Below are positions 6,785 through 15,121 of a stretch of 64,000 nucleotides of DNA, one piece after another. Below the pieces are notes generated by a model, which made no database searches, was not told the DNA's origin, and was given only the letters and a program-made list of their open reading frames with translations. The DNA is taken from positions 20,682-84,681 of the IMG/VR virus record IMGVR_UViG_3300017963_000235; one strand, 5' to 3'. Each line of letters begins with the position of its first letter. Position 1 is the first letter of the stretch. The translations under genes were made by a program, and so were the position numbers. The DNA comes from a virus.

Positions 6785-7540
6785 ATGACTATTGCGAATT
6801 TGGTAAAAACGGATTATGACGGAACCGGCATCTCTAGATCTCATGTACCCGAGTTTTTAGACTTAATCGATGAGATAATTACCCAAGTAAATACTAATGC
6901 CTCAGGCCTTGAACTGGCTGTGGCCGATATTGAGACAGCCGAAGCGGCTCTTGATCAGACAGACGACTATATTAGGGGTGATGTTGACTTTGCTTTAATG
7001 GGCACCACAAATTATACTGAGGTATTCGATGTTACTGATGTGACGGGCACTGGCACAAATGTTATTTCAGGTGGTGTTGCGGCACTGGCAACAAGCGGGG
7101 CTGCGAATGATCGTGAATCCTCACTTGGTGTTAAAGGTATTTTCTCCCGTGGGGATAGGTGTAGAAGTAATTGGAATTGTCTTGATGATTCTTCTGTCAA
7201 GGCTAGGTTCGGTATGTACAATGCCTCTACGAGATACATGTTAGTCACCCTTGACACCAGTAGGGATGGAAATCTTTACTTTGAGATTAACGATGGTACT
7301 GGCGCAGAGACGGAAGATCTTGGAATCGCGGTTGTCGGGGGTGATGATAAAGATATTACAATTTGGTCTGATGCCGATGGCACACCTCATGTAGCCATTG
7401 ACGGTACAGAAATTGTCTTAACAACTATTACAAACAAGATGCACACTAACGCCCATAAATATTTTTGGGATGTCGAAACCCTCACTACTGCGGCCCGCGA
7501 GCTTACGGTATCGTGGCTGAAATATAAGCGGGCAGTCTGA
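6785..7540 (+). CDS. Putative head fibre protein (shared N-terminal motif)
   Basis: N-terminal GTGISRSHVPEFLDLID, short coiled coil, beta-rich C-terminal domain. Confidence 0.55.
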   Translation: MTIANLVKTDYDGTGISRSHVPEFLDLIDEIITQVNTNASGLELAVADIETAEAALDQTDDYIRGDVDFALMGTTNYTEVFDVTDVTGTGTNVISGGVAALATSGAANDRESSLGVKGIFSRGDRCRSNWNCLDDSSVKARFGMYNASTRYMLVTLDTSRDGNLYFEINDGTGAETEDLGIAVVGGDDKDITIWSDADGTPHVAIDGTEIVLTTITNKMHTNAHKYFWDVETLTTAARELTVSWLKYKRAV

Positions 7541-7546
7541 TAGGGG

Positions 7547-8614
7547 GTGGGTATGTATACCGGGTACAGAACTGAGGCGATCTCCCTTTATTGGTATGTT
7601 GCGGATTTTCAAGGGAGGGCCGAGGATCTTGATCTAACCACAGACTCTCTTAACTATACCATTCACTATGCAGAAACGGGATGGACCGAGATAGTGGGAT
7701 CTACTTCTGTGGATCTTACTACAGGTAGGGATTCATTAGGCAGATACAAAATCACCTATACCGTTGCCGCAGATGCTGATGTAGGTCTCTATTACATCTC
7801 CTGGACCGAAATTAAAGGCGGAGTGACGAGAACGGGCAGAAAGCCCTTTGAGATTATAGAGACCTTCCTCCCGGAATTAGACGAATGGAATAGATATTCT
7901 CTGGCTATGGTAAGAGATGTTCGGGAGTTAGGTATACCCACGTCTGCGAAGACTGATAGACAAGTTGTGATAGAGCTAACTAGAGCCGCTCAGTACATAG
8001 AGAGAATGTGTAGGCGTAGATTCGGATCACGATACACAACTATGAAACTGGATCCCAAAAAGCAGATGAGACGGGGCGGTTTCCGTCTACCGGAATACTG
8101 CGCCTGGTTACAGTCATTTGGTAGTCCAGAGGCAGTAGATACTGATTTGTCCTTGGTTAAGTTCTACTCTAGGGCTATTCGACCTGAGTTAGGTACACCG
8201 TCCTTCGGTAGGGATGATAGGACAGCCCCTAAAATTGAGGGGTATGATTACCTTAATCAGAGTATTGTGCTGTTTAACTCGGAAGATTTCATACGTACAA
8301 CGGGTCTCTGGGGTTATGTGGATCCGGATGGGACAGACTCAGGTAAGGTCCCGGAGGAGATTAGAGCGGTTGTGATTAATGTAGCCCAGAAGTATCTGTA
8401 CTCACATATGGGGAATGGATCCACGGATTTAGACGGTACCCCCTCTGTGGGGGATCGTGTGATTAAAGAGAAAACCGCCACGCAATCTTATGAATTAAAT
8501 CGTTTGGATGAAGGAGGTCTAGAGGCTTCTAAATATGTCATAGGCGGAGATACAGAAGTTACTAAGATAATCCTCCAATTCAAAAGGCCTATGCTAGGGG
8601 GTAGTACTCGATGA
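7547..8614 (+). CDS. Head-tail adaptor/connector with N-terminal extension
   Basis: AAQYIERMC.R.F and TGLWGY...VPEEIR motifs typical of adaptor proteins; position before the neck genes. Confidence 0.6.
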   Translation: MGMYTGYRTEAISLYWYVADFQGRAEDLDLTTDSLNYTIHYAETGWTEIVGSTSVDLTTGRDSLGRYKITYTVAADADVGLYYISWTEIKGGVTRTGRKPFEIIETFLPELDEWNRYSLAMVRDVRELGIPTSAKTDRQVVIELTRAAQYIERMCRRRFGSRYTTMKLDPKKQMRRGGFRLPEYCAWLQSFGSPEAVDTDLSLVKFYSRAIRPELGTPSFGRDDRTAPKIEGYDYLNQSIVLFNSEDFIRTTGLWGYVDPDGTDSGKVPEEIRAVVINVAQKYLYSHMGNGSTDLDGTPSVGDRVIKEKTATQSYELNRLDEGGLEASKYVIGGDTEVTKIILQFKRPMLGGSTR

Positions 8615-8901
8615 CCAAGGGAATCATTAGTGAGACTCTATTTAACTTAGTCAAAGAAGCTTTATTAGGGGATAAACTGGATGACCCTTATTTAATGGCG
8701 ATCGGTCCTGCCGTGTTATCCTACTCCATCGTTGAGATCAGATGTGATCTTGGGATCGATGAGATTTATATTCAGGATTTTAATATCGTTGGGATTAACT
8801 ACACCACTGAGGAGTACAATAATCGAATGAAGATTATTCCTTGGAATCAGGTGCGGCATCTTGAGTTTAGGGATGTTCGGGAAGGTGATTTAGAGGACTA
8901 A
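8611..8901 (+). CDS. Hypothetical protein
   Basis: ATGA-overlapping coupled ORF. Confidence 0.55.
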   Translation: MTKGIISETLFNLVKEALLGDKLDDPYLMAIGPAVLSYSIVEIRCDLGIDEIYIQDFNIVGINYTTEEYNNRMKIIPWNQVRHLEFRDVREGDLED

Positions 8902-9353
8902 TGAGAGGCCGGTTAATCAACCCCTACCAAGCGGTATTTGCGATTTTAGATCCTGACAACACCACTTATGATCCGGATTACAGGGAACCTATAGGGGACA
9001 GGGCGGAAATAGATTACACAATCCCGTGTCAAGTTGAGCCGGGTACGTGGTATCGCAAGCAGTTCGGGTATAGTGGTTTGGAGCAGGATGGAGAAACGGC
9101 TTTGATTCTTCACTTCAAACATCTAGAGCAACTTGGTTTGGTGAATTCCAACGGATCCCCTATAATTACTATAGAGTCCAGACTGAAGACCATTAGTAGG
9201 CAGGATGGGACATTGGTCAGGGAGTATGTAAACCCCCCTGGAATGTATGTTGTAGATGTTAGAGATGAATCCTTTGGGTTACAGGTTAGGGGCAATTCCC
9301 ATAGGAATTTGTACTTTCTCCTGTTATCCCCTAGGAAACGATCTAAGCGCTGA
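8901..9353 (+). CDS. Head closure/stopper protein
   Basis: Size, beta-rich sequence (YDPDYREP, IPCQVE) and position in the neck cluster. Confidence 0.55.
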   Translation: MRGRLINPYQAVFAILDPDNTTYDPDYREPIGDRAEIDYTIPCQVEPGTWYRKQFGYSGLEQDGETALILHFKHLEQLGLVNSNGSPIITIESRLKTISRQDGTLVREYVNPPGMYVVDVRDESFGLQVRGNSHRNLYFLLLSPRKRSKR

Positions 9354-9955
9354 TGGCTGGTATAAAGCTATACGGTGATTGGGGTAAAGCGTCTAAAGTA
9401 ATGCGCAATATGCAGATGAGCTTGGATAAGGTGGTGTCTCTATTTCTGCATAAAGAGACGAATAATCTTAGAGCCCATATTCTAGAGGTGTTTCGGAGTC
9501 AAGGCGGGCCTGCGGGGTGGAAGCCTCTATCGAAATGGACGTTAGCTATGCGGCGGTTTAGGGGGTTTGGTGGTACATCTATTTTACAGCAGTCGGGACA
9601 GTTGAGAAACAGTATCATAAATAAGGTGGATGCTCCTGCTTTGACTGGTTTTGTTGGGGTCCTGTATCAAACCAAACGAGGCAGGGAGAGAATGGTGAAC
9701 ATAGCTAAGGTCCATGAATTTGGATCGAAGACTAGACGGTTTAAGCCCTCCCCAAAACAAAGACGATTTCTGATGATGGTCGGGACTAAAATGGGATTAT
9801 TCTCTAAAGGGAGTGGCGGGTCTGGTAGAGGTCGTGGAGTATACATATTTAGAATCCCACCAAGACCATTTATGCAGCCGGGAGCTAAATCATGGAAAAA
9901 GGGATTCAAATCCCGTACTAATCAATTCTTTAAGAAGATGTTTTCTAGAGGTTAA
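9353..9955 (+). CDS. Virion morphogenesis/tail completion protein (Mu gpG/P2 gpS-like)
   Basis: WKPLS, LQQSGQLRNSI, AKVHEFG and IPPRPFM motifs. Confidence 0.8.
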   Translation: MAGIKLYGDWGKASKVMRNMQMSLDKVVSLFLHKETNNLRAHILEVFRSQGGPAGWKPLSKWTLAMRRFRGFGGTSILQQSGQLRNSIINKVDAPALTGFVGVLYQTKRGRERMVNIAKVHEFGSKTRRFKPSPKQRRFLMMVGTKMGLFSKGSGGSGRGRGVYIFRIPPRPFMQPGAKSWKKGFKSRTNQFFKKMFSRG

Positions 9956-9957
9956 TC

Positions 9958-10884
9958 ATGGCGGTTATAAATTCGGTAACACCCAATCAAGGTATTTCTA
10001 CAGGACGATATATTGTCGTAATTGACGGTAGTGGGTTTAGGATTCCGGATCTCCTACCTGGATCTGATACATGGCAAGAATCCGTTAGGGTTTGGGTAGA
10101 TGGAAATCAAGTGGATTCTTCAGATGTGTTTGTGAGATCCGAAACCAAAATAGAATTCAGAATGGCCACCTCCTTTAGGCCTATTAGTCCCGATGCCGGA
10201 AATGATCCTTATGCTGTAGATGTCAAAGTTCAGAATGTGGATGCTAATGGCGATCTTATTTTGGGATCTGATGATACCCTAGCAGACGGGTTTTCATATG
10301 TGAAGATAAGCACATCCACAGATAGCATTACGGATTTGGTCACCCGAGAACTGGTTAGGTATTTGAGACGGAATCTTCCATTGCCTGTGTACTTGTTATC
10401 GCATGTAGATTACTCGACGGGTAGCGCCTCCCCTGTAGTGGACGGACCCGAACAGGCGAAGGAACCTTGTGTCTACTTAGAGGGACCAAGACGGGTTACT
10501 ACTGGCGAAGGAACGCAGAGAGTAAGGAATACGTGGCCCGTTACAGGGCCGGAAACAAGATGGCTTCCTGAAGCTACCGATCTTGTTTTCGATATTGTAC
10601 TGGAGAGCTCTAGAGGTGTTATTCTTCGTAATTTAATGCCGCGAATAGATACCCTGATACAGCATATACCGTTCATCATCCTTACCGTAATGGGGTCTGA
10701 ATATAAGATGGATACCTTTATGACTGATCGTATGTCTAAGGATGCGGATATTCTATTTGGGTCAAGTTTACAACAGGCATCAGGAGCGTTAAAAATAGAG
10801 AGTGTTCCTTTGGAGACGGATATTATCCGACTGAATAAGGACATAACCGATATTGTAATCACGATTGGAGAGTTAAATGTCTAA
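9958..10884 (+). CDS. Tail terminator-like protein with N-terminal IPT/TIG Ig-like domain
   Basis: INSVTPNQG...VVIDGSGF IPT signature; position just before the sheath. Confidence 0.55.
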   Translation: MAVINSVTPNQGISTGRYIVVIDGSGFRIPDLLPGSDTWQESVRVWVDGNQVDSSDVFVRSETKIEFRMATSFRPISPDAGNDPYAVDVKVQNVDANGDLILGSDDTLADGFSYVKISTSTDSITDLVTRELVRYLRRNLPLPVYLLSHVDYSTGSASPVVDGPEQAKEPCVYLEGPRRVTTGEGTQRVRNTWPVTGPETRWLPEATDLVFDIVLESSRGVILRNLMPRIDTLIQHIPFIILTVMGSEYKMDTFMTDRMSKDADILFGSSLQQASGALKIESVPLETDIIRLNKDITDIVITIGELNV

Positions 10885-11338
10885 AAAATCGGAAGAGAAA
10901 AAGACAGTTAAAAAGGCGGATGCCCCTAAGATTAAGAAGGAAACTCCGAAAAAGAAATCTGAGGAAGTCAAGAAGGATCCGGAGAAAAAGCCGACACAAA
11001 AACAGGTGAAGACTTCTGTAAAGAAGGTAGAAAAACCGCAAAAGAAACATTTCCCTGTGGTGGTATTCACTCCGTATAGACCTATGCAGATACCTCTTTT
11101 GCATGAACACTATTGTGTCTTGAAGGGTAAATGTTCGTGTAAACAAGGTATGTCAGGTTTTACTCCAGACGATAAGGGGCGGGTTACCAAGCGTAGATTT
11201 GCTAGGCTTTCCGATACGTTACATTGTTTTCCCGGTATTAAATACACTATCCCAAAACAGCTCTATGAAGCGGTCCCCCAGTTAGAGGCTGCTAGAAGGC
11301 ATGGGAAACTTGTGTGTCATTCGGGCAAGTTGAGATAA
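10877..11338 (+). CDS. Hypothetical protein, Lys-rich N-terminus and HxxYC...CxC cluster
   Basis: GGAG RBS; low-complexity K/E/P N-terminus. Confidence 0.6.
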   Translation: MSKKSEEKKTVKKADAPKIKKETPKKKSEEVKKDPEKKPTQKQVKTSVKKVEKPQKKHFPVVVFTPYRPMQIPLLHEHYCVLKGKCSCKQGMSGFTPDDKGRVTKRRFARLSDTLHCFPGIKYTIPKQLYEAVPQLEAARRHGKLVCHSGKLR

Positions 11339-11376
11339 AAAATTTAGTATGATAGTTTAATTTCAGGAGGCTACAA

Positions 11377-13578
11377 ATGGCTAGCAAAGAATTATTGGCA
11401 TCCAAAGTTGTATTTACAGAGGCGGGACAGGCGATCCCGGAGAATTTTGAGGCACCCACCGCTATCGCTAGTGGTGTTATGGTTACAGAGAGGGGACCTG
11501 TTGGAGAAGCTACACGCTCTCTTTCGTGGGGGGATTGGCAAAAGGTATTCGGTGGTTATATCGCTACTAGTCATGGCCCCGAATGTGTGGCTAATTTCTT
11601 TGGTATGGGCGGTCGTATCTTCTACACAGTAAGAACTGTGCATTATACAGATATCACTAACCCCGCCACAGCCACCTCAGCAACCGCTAGTAAAGCTGTA
11701 ACAGCCACAACCGCAGTAGCACAGCCTGCTATTGTGGCTACTAATATTGCAGAGCCCTATAACCTGTCTCCTGGGGATACTCTTGATTTTTCTATCAACG
11801 GTGGTGGCACCTTAACGGCCACCTTCACCGCTACCTCCGGAATTTCTACCAGTGGTAATACAGAGGATTTCGTTCTTGTGGATGGGATGACTCTAACCCT
11901 GAAACTTGACGGAGGATCAGAGCAGACATTTACCTTCCTGAATGCTGATTTCAGTGCTATAGGTGCTGCTAAGGCGTGGGAAGTGGCCAATAAAATTAAC
12001 CAAACTATCGTAGGTGGTAGAGCCTTTGCTCAAGCTGGGGCCGTGGTTATTGGTACTGACACATTAGGTAGTGGTGGTTCTGCTCAGATTACAGGCGGAA
12101 CGTCTAACGCTATTCTCGCGTTCCCTACCACTGTGAACTCTGGTACGGGTAATGTAGCGGATATCACAGGCGTTACTGTTGCCGAGATTAAGACTATCGT
12201 AGAGGCTGCCGTAGCGGGAACTTTGGTTTCCACTGTTACGGGGGGTAAATTCCAAGTCGCTACTGTGGCTACGGGATCTACAGAGACTATCCAGGTTCTC
12301 GGGTCCTCCACTGCTGATACTAAACTTGGGCTGGATAATGTCCTTCATACGGGTTCTGATGCGGGGACGGCTACTACGTTTACTGCGTATGGGAAGACTC
12401 CTGGAGCGTATGCTAACTCTCTTTACATTGAGATTACGAATGCCTCTAGTGGAGATGCTACTGAGTTTAACTTAAATGTGAAAACTCTGGATGTCATTTT
12501 AGAATACCATCCTAACCTCTCTATGACGCCGACTGATGATAGATACGCTGTAACTATCATTTCTGAAGATTCCAACCTTATCTCGCTCGTGGATGCGGGT
12601 ACCGGTAGCCGACCCACTAACGCAACGTATGGTGCGCTTACAGGTGGTGATGATGGTCTTGCTGGTCTCGTTGATGCAGACTATGTAGGAGATTCTGGAG
12701 GGGGCACAGGGCTCCATGCCCTTACTGCTATCTCCATTCTTAACATGATTGCCGTGCCTGGTATTACCAGTTCAGTAGTGCAGAACGGTCTGGTTAACTA
12801 CTGTCTCACTGATAGGGGTGGGATTCCTGTTGCGTTCATGGCTACTCCTGAGGGTAGTGATGCAGCGGCGGCTGTCACCCATGTAGAGACTGCGGGTATC
12901 CTAGAGTTGGCTGATTGTTCTGTTATCTTCTGGCCATGGGTCAAAGTGGCTAATCCCTCTAACACCATCTATGGTACTGATAGTTTAATCACCACATCCC
13001 CTGAGGGGATTATGATGGGTAGAGCGGCTATCACCGATGTAGCTAAGGCAGGGGGTGTCTATCAGTCTCCTGCGGGCCTTATTTACGGCGTGCTTAACAT
13101 CGTTCTTGGGATCGATTCGGAAGAGGCTAATCAGGAAATCTATAGAGACCTTGTGTATCCCAAACGAATCAACCCAATCCATAAGGACGACAACACCCCA
13201 TACTACAACGATGGTAGTAAGACTCTCAAAAATTCTACCTACCCCACCATTGGGGAGCGTAGAGGCCGCTCTAAAATTGAGCTGGACCTAGTTGCTAGGT
13301 TCAACTCTCTCAGACATCTCCCGGCCACTAAAGAAACTCGTAAGACTCTTGAAAGGGTCGCTACTACGTACCTCACGGATCAAATGAATGATGGTGCGTT
13401 TACTTCTAAAGTTCCTTCTGAGGCGTTCGCTATTGATGCTGGTGACGGTATTAACCCTCCCTCTGAAGAGGAGAAGGGCATTCTTAACGTAGATATTGAT
13501 GTACGCATGGCGGGATCCTACCAGTGGGTTAACGTGAGATTCTCTAATACATTTGGAACTACTAGCGTAGAGGCGTAA
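11377..13578 (+). CDS. Contractile tail sheath protein
   Basis: TERGPVG, VANFFGMGG, LTGGDDG, FWPWVKV, RINPI and ERR motifs of sheath proteins. Confidence 0.92.
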   Translation: MASKELLASKVVFTEAGQAIPENFEAPTAIASGVMVTERGPVGEATRSLSWGDWQKVFGGYIATSHGPECVANFFGMGGRIFYTVRTVHYTDITNPATATSATASKAVTATTAVAQPAIVATNIAEPYNLSPGDTLDFSINGGGTLTATFTATSGISTSGNTEDFVLVDGMTLTLKLDGGSEQTFTFLNADFSAIGAAKAWEVANKINQTIVGGRAFAQAGAVVIGTDTLGSGGSAQITGGTSNAILAFPTTVNSGTGNVADITGVTVAEIKTIVEAAVAGTLVSTVTGGKFQVATVATGSTETIQVLGSSTADTKLGLDNVLHTGSDAGTATTFTAYGKTPGAYANSLYIEITNASSGDATEFNLNVKTLDVILEYHPNLSMTPTDDRYAVTIISEDSNLISLVDAGTGSRPTNATYGALTGGDDGLAGLVDADYVGDSGGGTGLHALTAISILNMIAVPGITSSVVQNGLVNYCLTDRGGIPVAFMATPEGSDAAAAVTHVETAGILELADCSVIFWPWVKVANPSNTIYGTDSLITTSPEGIMMGRAAITDVAKAGGVYQSPAGLIYGVLNIVLGIDSEEANQEIYRDLVYPKRINPIHKDDNTPYYNDGSKTLKNSTYPTIGERRGRSKIELDLVARFNSLRHLPATKETRKTLERVATTYLTDQMNDGAFTSKVPSEAFAIDAGDGINPPSEEEKGILNVDIDVRMAGSYQWVNVRFSNTFGTTSVEA

Positions 13579-13612
13579 TCAAGCTCGGGTAAAACCAGAT
13601 AAGAGGTAAAAG

Positions 13613-14053
13613 ATGACTATTGATAAAGGAATGTTTTTTAGGATTGAGATTGACGGGTTTGCCTCCGCTGAGTTCATGACGTGCTCTGAGCTTACTGTAG
13701 AGTTAGGGGAGCTCTCCATTAGACAGGGGGGCACTCTGGTTGCGGATAAGGATCCGGGTTTAGCGACATACCCTGATATCGTCATGACACGAGGTAAAAC
13801 CCTAGATAGAGATTTCTATAATTGGATGAAACTTCTTATAGATGGAGCCTCCGGACGGGGTACCGCGCCTTCTACAGAACTCAAAAAGGATTTCGATATT
13901 GTACAGCTTGATCGTAATGGAGACGAGGTTAAGCGTTACAGAGTCTTCAAGGCGTGGCCTAAGATTCGTACAATTGGTCCTTGGGATAATGATGCAGAAG
14001 AGTATGTGATCGAGTCTCTTACTCTTGCATGTAAATATTGGGACGAACTGTAA
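13613..14053 (+). CDS. Tail tube protein (T4 gp19-like)
   Basis: FRIEIDG, Y.DI.M.RG, KKDFDIVQLDR, AWP and IESLTL motifs. Confidence 0.9.
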   Translation: MTIDKGMFFRIEIDGFASAEFMTCSELTVELGELSIRQGGTLVADKDPGLATYPDIVMTRGKTLDRDFYNWMKLLIDGASGRGTAPSTELKKDFDIVQLDRNGDEVKRYRVFKAWPKIRTIGPWDNDAEEYVIESLTLACKYWDEL

Positions 14054-14087
14054 ACAACCACACAGAAGAGAAAGGAAATGATGTTCT

Positions 14088-14906
14088 ATGATTAACTCTA
14101 TAACTCTACCTAGCGGGGCGCAGGTCCAGCTTAGAACTATGTCTATGGCAGAGCAGGACGCTCTGTTATCCAGTAAAACAAACACATGGTTGCAAACTCT
14201 TATTGCTACTTTGGGTAAATGTACCGAGAGTGTGAATAGCTGGGGTATATATCCTGAAGGCGAATCATTTGATTGGAATGAAGTATATGAGGGTGATCTT
14301 CTTTATGGGCTGTATCAACTCCGTAACACGACTCACCCTGATCCCTATGAGTTTGAAACGCGATGTAAGCGATGCGGCAATACATTCGATGTTGAGGTTG
14401 ATGTTGATGAGTTGGAAATCATCAAACCTTCACCGGATGTTTTGGAAGTTATCACCAAAGGAGAGACTTCTATCACTGTTCCTGTGACACATGGGGATGA
14501 GACGGTTAAGGCCACTATTCGTATTAGAACCGCTAGTCAGGTACTTAAAGCTCTGGTTAGTGAGCGTATGGATTCGGGCAGGAAAAAGGCTAAAGCCAGG
14601 TCCAAGAAAAAGGCCTTTGAAGTAGATCTCTCTGGGCATAAGCTCACCAGTAAAATAAAAGATTTCATTCGTACCGTGGATGATTTGAGTCCCAAGGCTT
14701 ACAAAGAATGGTTGGCTTCTGTAGATGGTGGCTGGATGCCTAAGCTTTTCGATGCTATCGAGTCTGTATCCTTTGGGGTGGATAGTGATATTTTGTGTGA
14801 CTGTATCCATTGCGATGCTGAGAATGAAGTTACAGCCCCTATGAGTTCTGATTTTTTTATGCCCTTACGGAGTCGGAAGAAGAGAAACCGGAAGATCTCC
14901 GAGTAG
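14088..14906 (+). CDS. Tail assembly chaperone (T4 gp26-like, two CxxC pairs)
   Basis: ITLPSG start, CKRC and CIHC pairs, DFFMP end; lies between tube and tape measure. Confidence 0.7.
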   Translation: MINSITLPSGAQVQLRTMSMAEQDALLSSKTNTWLQTLIATLGKCTESVNSWGIYPEGESFDWNEVYEGDLLYGLYQLRNTTHPDPYEFETRCKRCGNTFDVEVDVDELEIIKPSPDVLEVITKGETSITVPVTHGDETVKATIRIRTASQVLKALVSERMDSGRKKAKARSKKKAFEVDLSGHKLTSKIKDFIRTVDDLSPKAYKEWLASVDGGWMPKLFDAIESVSFGVDSDILCDCIHCDAENEVTAPMSSDFFMPLRSRKKRNRKISE

Positions 14907-15118
14907 TTAATAACTGGTTTACTGGGCTTGCATCTGCGGGCGACCTTTTGCACCTCAAATTATCGGTGTGTTATACTCAGCATGGAGGATCGGGATTAAA
15001 CATCACATACCGAGACCTTGACTCTATGACAGTAGAGCGGGTTAAGGAAATTAAAGAATGGCTGGATAAACGCCGAAAGGCGGAAGCCGAAGCCATTAAA
15101 AAAGCGCAACGAGGTTAG
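14852..15118 (+). CDS. -1 frameshift extension of the tail assembly chaperone (gpGT-like)
   Basis: Slippery T TTT TTT at 14852-14858; the -1 frame stays open to TAG 15116-15118 (…HGGSGLNITYRDLDSMTVERVKEIKEWLDKRRKAE…), 3 nt before the TMP start. Confidence 0.75.
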   Translation, partial: FFYALTESEEEKPEDLRVVNNWFTGLASAGDLLHLKLSVCYTQHGGSGLNITYRDLDSMTVERVKEIKEWLDKRRKAEAEAIKKAQRG

Positions 15119-15121
15119 ACT

